Below are positions 58,790 to 64,000 of a DNA stretch of 64,000 nucleotides, one piece after another. How positions within the stretch are numbered: the stretch's first letter is position 1; each line of letters starts with the position of its first letter. Source of the stretch: Candidatus Woesearchaeota archaeon (lineage in GTDB: Archaea; Nanobdellota; Nanobdellia; Woesearchaeales; GW2011-AR9); the NCBI GenBank assembly GCA_945861715.1, contig CAMAVK010000003.1, positions 3,344-67,343 on the forward strand, in the 5' to 3' direction. The translations under genes and the position numbers were made by a program. Below the pieces are notes generated by a model, which was not told the DNA's origin, made no database searches, and was given only the letters and a program-made list of their open reading frames with translations.

Positions 58790-60382
58790 TTAATCAAATA
58801 CTCTTGCAAGATCAATGTTTGCCATAACATTAGTGTTCATATTTTCGGAGCCACGAACTTGTAGAGACCCGCTCACTTTGCCAACTTCTCGTCTATACTT
58901 AATAACACCGGACTTAGCACCCGTATCATAATATGACATCGTAAGCAATCCCTGTTGCGCTAAATCCAATTGCGCAGAAATTCCACCTACACCTAATCCT
59001 AGTCCAACCTGGTCAGGAACATAAGGAGACAGTATCACCTCAGTTGATAATGTGTTCTCGCTTCCGAGCGGTACCTCAATAGTTGTTGCAACTCCCCCAC
59101 TGCCTGAATCTGGTTCGAATCGTATTGTATTCCTATCAACTGCAGCAACAAGATACGGCGTCAACCCTTCGGGATTATATCCTATTACTGATCGAAATGT
59201 TCCATCCTTACTCTCAAACGTTTTCTGATTTGGAAATTGTTTAATTGCAAGCATTCCAGCAACAGCTAAACTTACAGATAATGGTTCAGGTATACCGGTC
59301 TGCTCTTTAATTTGCGTAACCTCAATCCCATTTTCTATTGCACTGGTTTTAACAACTTCAGATACAGAAATCCCTCCTACATAAGAACATCCATTTGCAT
59401 CACACTCTTTTCCCTTAGAAGACAATTTTCGAAATACACCTTCAAGTGAGTCAGCAAGCACTCTTTGATTATGTTCATCCATAATGACAATATTATCACC
59501 TGCTAAAACAGTTTTATCAGATATATGTAACGTTCCCTCTCGAAGTAGCATGGAAGCTTGTTCCATGGTGTATTTAGGTGTGTCATAATCGATACGTAAC
59601 ATGCCTCGTTCACTAGCATCACCGTCCCCTACTTTTCCCACATTTCCAAATTTATCATACACTACCCCCCTTCCTTCAACCGACAAAGATTTCTCAGTAA
59701 GATGTACCTTCATACCATTTTGATCAGAAACAATTCGCGTCCCAAAGGTATCAATCATTTGTGCTCCCTTTGAAAGAACAATCTCCTCTTTTGATTTTAT
59801 TTGGGCACTTGCCATCATATCAGAACTCAAATCATATGTAGCCCCGTCAACCTCAAACTTTCCTTGCGACGTACCCCTCTCGAGCAAAAATCCCCCGTCT
59901 AGAAGAGAAGAAATTTTAGTTCCCATCAAATGTTGATCATTCAAATTAATATGTGGTGCATCTCCATTTGTGAGGATTCCATCCTCATATCGAGCATGAC
60001 CTGAGATTAAATCAACTTTCATTCCAGGGTGTTTCCCAGAAACAACGATTCGTGGTTCAGAATACAAACTCAAATCATCTGCCTTATTCAAATTAGATTC
60101 ATACGCCCATTGCTCTGCTGTTATTCGAGTTTTATCAGATATCTCTTCAATCTTAATTATGTCTGCTCGCAATTCAGAAATCCGATTCAAAGGAACCTCT
60201 GCTTGACTACGTGCACTCCAATCAACCAAATTTAAATCTGCGTTTGGATTATTCAAATCTAAATCTGAGTTAGAATAATCAACACTCTGATCTGCGCTCA
60301 AACCAGTTGGAACACTGTCCTCCGACGCAACCAACAACCCCGAAACGAGTACCATAGCAATAAAGAATACCCACAACCTCAT
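58790..60382 (-). CDS. secreted hypothetical protein (530 aa)
   Basis: signal peptide; GAGGTG SD. Confidence 0.7.
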   Translation of the reverse strand: MRLWVFFIAMVLVSGLLVASEDSVPTGLSADQSVDYSNSDLDLNNPNADLNLVDWSARSQAEVPLNRISELRADIIKIEEISDKTRITAEQWAYESNLNKADDLSLYSEPRIVVSGKHPGMKVDLISGHARYEDGILTNGDAPHINLNDQHLMGTKISSLLDGGFLLERGTSQGKFEVDGATYDLSSDMMASAQIKSKEEIVLSKGAQMIDTFGTRIVSDQNGMKVHLTEKSLSVEGRGVVYDKFGNVGKVGDGDASERGMLRIDYDTPKYTMEQASMLLREGTLHISDKTVLAGDNIVIMDEHNQRVLADSLEGVFRKLSSKGKECDANGCSYVGGISVSEVVKTSAIENGIEVTQIKEQTGIPEPLSVSLAVAGMLAIKQFPNQKTFESKDGTFRSVIGYNPEGLTPYLVAAVDRNTIRFEPDSGSGGVATTIEVPLGSENTLSTEVILSPYVPDQVGLGLGVGGISAQLDLAQQGLLTMSYYDTGAKSGVIKYRREVGKVSGSLQVRGSENMNTNVMANIDLARVFD

Positions 60383-61215
60383 TCATACACCTCAGGAACT
60401 GGAATTTTAGCTGCAAAGATATATCAAAATGGTTGTCCCAAAACCAAGGTGCTATTATCCGTAATAACAAATACATACGTATCCTGATTATACAAACTCA
60501 TATCAATGCTAAGGTTCGCCTCAAGCAAATAAAATGCATCAATAATATAAGGATTAACAACGAGTTGTTCCACAAAATCATGAACAAATAATTGTAACTT
60601 CCCCAGTTTAACGGGGACCATGACCGGTGCAAAATGATCAAGGTGTTTCTCAGTACCCTCAATAACCACTGCCATTGGCCACGTAACCTCAAATGATACC
60701 TCTCGTTCAGAAATGTGAACAGTTGTATTAACTTCCTCGCTTTTAATTTCAATTCCTCGAAGAATTTGTTCTTGTGACATAAAATCATTAGAAATAACCG
60801 GAGGTGCCGTAAAAATTTCAGGCAAACATTCTTTCAAATGAACATTCATCATCGTGGCAAGCATACCTTCGAGTTCATGTAGCGACAATACACGTGATTC
60901 ATTAAGATAAAAACCATAATTTGCAGAAAAAACTGAGCTATTATAAAACGGCTCTTCTAACCTCAATTTCCCTCCACGTACACCAATAGTATAAATCGAT
61001 CTCTGGGCAACTTGCCGGATACAGGATTCCACCATAAGTTCCACTTGATGAGTTTTTTGATTAAATTCCAATTCCCTTGCCGAGTCAGCTACAAAAGAAG
61101 TTTGAAACCAATTCGACTCAAGTGAAATAACAATCAGTGACGTAACTAAAATAAGGATCCCAACAATCACAAATACTGTAATTTGACCCTTCTTCACCAT
61201 CACTGAAATAAGCAT
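60379..61215 (-). CDS. class III signal (KKGQ) surface protein; probable premature TGA at 60424-60426
   Basis: KKGQITVFVIVGILIL; frame continues past TGA as YIFAAKIPVPEVYE* into an ATGA overlap with the next gene. Confidence 0.7.
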
Positions 61216-61321
61216 ATCTCAGTACTTAAATGTAACCTATATCCAGATAGTAAACCATCAGAAAAATAAACCAAAAAAGAAAACAAAAAAAAGAAATTTA
61301 CTCTAAATATGAGCTTCCTAT

Positions 61322-61882
61322 TTACTCAACATTAATAGTTCCAAGCTCTCTTGTGGTAATTCCTTCTGCAATAATACACTTCATCGGCGAGTTAAACGTA
61401 AATTCATACGATTCTCCTGGAGCAAAGATAGAGCTATGCACCGCAACACATTCCCGATTACCCAAAATTAATGCTTTTGACAATCTACCGCTTCGCTCAT
61501 TAACCCATCGAACTGTTTCACCAGCGTTAATGGTAACTTCAGAAGGAACAAAACCAGCGTTGGTAACTTTAATCTCGGTCACACCATCTTCTTTGAATGT
61601 GCTATTGGATTTAGCAGAACCTACCACTTTTGGTGTGGTTTTAACTATCTCATATTCAGCATCCTCAAACATAGGTTCGTCACTTTCAGAGTCCGAGCTC
61701 ACATCTTCTTGATCTGCGCCTGGAGTAGTATCAGCAACAACTGCCCCAGTTATACTTGATGTAGCAACATCTGCTCCCTTATCAACCTGTTCAACTTTAG
61801 ATTGACACCCAGAAACAACAAGTAGCAAAGCTAACAATGCAACGCCTAAAAACAACATTTTATTCTTCAAAAAAGTATTCAT
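61322..61882 (-). CDS. lipoprotein with cupredoxin-like C-terminal domain
   Basis: VSGC lipobox; F.PSEVTINAGETVRWVN...PGESYEFTF...GTINVE; canonical Cu ligands not evident. Confidence 0.75.
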   Translation of the reverse strand: MNTFLKNKMLFLGVALLALLLVVSGCQSKVEQVDKGADVATSSITGAVVADTTPGADQEDVSSDSESDEPMFEDAEYEIVKTTPKVVGSAKSNSTFKEDGVTEIKVTNAGFVPSEVTINAGETVRWVNERSGRLSKALILGNRECVAVHSSIFAPGESYEFTFNSPMKCIIAEGITTRELGTINVE

Positions 61883-61898
61883 TTTTTCACCTCAAAAT

Positions 61899-62366
61899 TT
61901 ATGCCCGCACGCGAGACACTACAATTGCGTACTTTATTTTATTTAAAAAACCGTGAGCAGTATACTCAATGGCTCCATTTGCTAAATGCACTCCGAGCAG
62001 ATACTTAATATCTTTTCCCGAGACTAAATCAGTTAGTGTACTTTCATCCATATACACATCAACATCTGGGTTCACGAGTTCAGTAATTGCAAAAGTTGAT
62101 ATGACACTATCCTTAGACTCAATCCCAAGAACAAAATCTTCCCCATTAGCTGCTGTGACATGAATATTAATTGTTTCATCACCAAAGTACGATGCCACCA
62201 TTCCAGAAAGAGGTAATCCTACCACTCGACTTTGAACTGACAAAATCTCAGATTGAATTGACAAACTCCCTTCTTGAATATCCCCGGCTGCCAACACTCC
62301 TACACAAAACATACTAACCAATATAGTAACCGTAATAAACATACGCCATAGTGCCATAGAGACCAC
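61899..62366 (-). CDS. hypothetical secreted protein
   Basis: signal peptide-like N-terminus. Confidence 0.6.
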   Translation of the reverse strand: MVSMALWRMFITVTILVSMFCVGVLAAGDIQEGSLSIQSEILSVQSRVVGLPLSGMVASYFGDETINIHVTAANGEDFVLGIESKDSVISTFAITELVNPDVDVYMDESTLTDLVSGKDIKYLLGVHLANGAIEYTAHGFLNKIKYAIVVSRVRA

Positions 62367-62484
62367 CTATCCTCTCTGGAAAAAATCAAGTTTAAAAGGT
62401 TTGTGTAATATCTTCACTACTATCTACCCATAACCTTCTCTCTACACGAAAAACCTATAAAGCATTCATCCTATAACTCCTTCC

Positions 62485-62790
62485 ATGTTCTGCACAATAT
62501 GTCAAAGCATTATTCTACCCGATAAATCCGGTGCAAAATGTACCAACGGCCATAAACAAACAATACCCAAAACACAAATAACCGAAAAAAACACACTCCC
62601 GCCCCTACCAATTCAAGTCTCCGATGGAAAAAATATTCTCGCCGTACATGACCATGTCTGCACAAAATGTCATTTCAATAAGGCCGAACTAGTCGAGATC
62701 GGCTGCTTCTATTCTGATGAGGATGTTGTAGCACAATACAAATGCGGAAAGTGCGCCCATGTTGATTTAGCCGAAGGAAAGTTACGATAA
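62485..62790 (+). CDS. transcription factor S / RpoM-like double zinc-ribbon protein
   Basis: MFCxxC...C..GH...CTKC...SDE...CGKC. Confidence 0.75.
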   Translation: MFCTICQSIILPDKSGAKCTNGHKQTIPKTQITEKNTLPPLPIQVSDGKNILAVHDHVCTKCHFNKAELVEIGCFYSDEDVVAQYKCGKCAHVDLAEGKLR

Positions 62791-62875
62791 GCACGAAATT
62801 AAACCATATAAAACTTATTTATATCACATAAGGACCACATATCCTTTAAAATAAACGGACTTTCTCATATCCAAT

Positions 62876-64000
62876 ATGAGCTCAACCGTACCCATTCCCT
62901 TATACAAAATTCCAGCTTCACCCGAAACAAAAAAATGGGGTGAAAGTCGTGTAGGTCTCTTGTACGAAAAAGTCATCAGTGACAAGAAATTCCAATTCCC
63001 ACTCAATCAGTCCCAGATCTCCTTAATGTATTTTGATTCCTCTCTTCCCGATGCCATAAAAACCGTAAACACCACGGTCCAACTAACAAATCTCGGCACT
63101 CAAACCATTCTCCAACTTCAAAGCGATTCAAAATATCATGCATTTATAATCAATGAACCACTACACTCTCTGTCTCGTGGCTTACTCGAGTGCAGGTATT
63201 TATTAAGCCCACACTTTCTCCCCGAGTTACAATTTGAATCCATTCTTCTCCCACAAAATAAACGTATATCAATAGCTGCAGAGCTTGATACAATAGAACA
63301 ATTCAATCTCTATTGCCTTGAGCAAACCCCACTTCCCAATCTTACAAAACAAATAAATCTATATGACACCCCAACTCACCATCTTCTCCAAGGTCACATC
63401 AATGATCTAGCACGTTCAAGTGATGCTATCAGGCTAGTCCGAGATACCGTTACATCAAGAAACGCCAAAAAAAGAAAGCTCACAACCAAAGGTGTGCCAC
63501 CAAGAATATCTCAAAGCGACCAAGAAAACAGTATTCAAGACGGACTTGATAACAGAGAAGCGGACGTAGATGATGAACGTATTTCCGAGGTTGACTTTGA
63601 TCTCGCCCCGAAAAATAAAGTCCCCGCCAAATCCAGAAATTCTCCCACACACAAACCATTAACAAAAGCGGATAGTCGTCTAAGTGCTGATCAACTTATG
63701 CATAATGGAATTCACTCCGCATTATTTTCACGTGATGAAGAAAAATCAATATTCACTGGTCTACATTCACTTAAAGAGGTGTACACCCAGATGTATGATC
63801 TTCTCGTTTTAGATTATCGAGTTGACCTTCGTCAATCACACACAACTAAGGATCTCAACCATCCCGACACACAAAAAGGAATATTTTTTAGCGCCTTAGA
63901 ACAAACACTCCTAACCGGTCAGTTTGTAGGCCAGGGTTTCTTTGATGAAATTAACCTCAATGCACAAGACCAAAATGAATTAACTCAAAATGAGTCTGAA
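62876..64000 (+). CDS. large ORF truncated at the window end (at least 375 aa), possible sigma-70-like region 1.2
   Basis: manual translation open from ATG 62876 to the end; TTTAAAATA box about 25 nt upstream. Confidence 0.65.
   Translation, partial: MSSTVPIPLYKIPASPETKKWGESRVGLLYEKVISDKKFQFPLNQSQISLMYFDSSLPDAIKTVNTTVQLTNLGTQTILQLQSDSKYHAFIINEPLHSLSRGLLECRYLLSPHFLPELQFESILLPQNKRISIAAELDTIEQFNLYCLEQTPLPNLTKQINLYDTPTHHLLQGHINDLARSSDAIRLVRDTVTSRNAKKRKLTTKGVPPRISQSDQENSIQDGLDNREADVDDERISEVDFDLAPKNKVPAKSRNSPTHKPLTKADSRLSADQLMHNGIHSALFSRDEEKSIFTGLHSLKEVYTQMYDLLVLDYRVDLRQSHTTKDLNHPDTQKGIFFSALEQTLLTGQFVGQGFFDEINLNAQDQNELTQNESE

Noticed and set aside
11052..60426. TGA reassigned as a sense codon (alternative genetic code)
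   Set aside because: sua5, dph5 and the RlmD-like gene end in TGA at the expected C-termini, and long conserved genes (tuf, putA, elp3) contain no internal TGA.
1..64000. provirus, IS element, rRNA, SRP or RNase P RNA
   Set aside because: No integrase, transposase, capsid or terminase motifs, and no long GC-rich structural RNA segments seen.

Overview
AT-rich archaeal chromosomal segment, most consistent with a DPANN (Woesearchaeota-like) genome. Support: archaeal rps17e, rps10, EF-1alpha, Dph2/Dph5, Elp3, a TFS-like Zn-ribbon protein, TATA promoters with many leaderless genes, KKGQ class-III-signal proteins and three intron-containing tRNAs (Asn-GTT, Ser-TGA, and Gly-TCC with two introns). 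The main finding is a candidate DNA-damage (SOS-like) regulon. The box CACTGG(A/T)CAAGT lies 10-13 nt upstream of the TATA box in four minus-strand promoters: a RadA-like/PolB2-partner fusion gene, a PolB2-type polymerase, an operon of two tiny ORFs (one with a PIP-box-like tail), and, 27 kb away, an HTH-LAGLIDADG gene next to the two-intron tRNA-Gly. Two copies form a perfect 28-bp direct repeat bracketing a 5.4-kb SRAP-PolB2-TA-RadA-like cassette. Also present: a duplicated tRNA-Ser 3' half with an insertion, a split Dph2, bacterial-type quinone-linked PutA and class 2 PyrD, two large surface subtilases, several single-lesion pseudogenes, candidate structured leaders, and a truncated ORF with a sigma-70 region-1.2-like motif. 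All calls were made by eye from motifs; no database searches were run.
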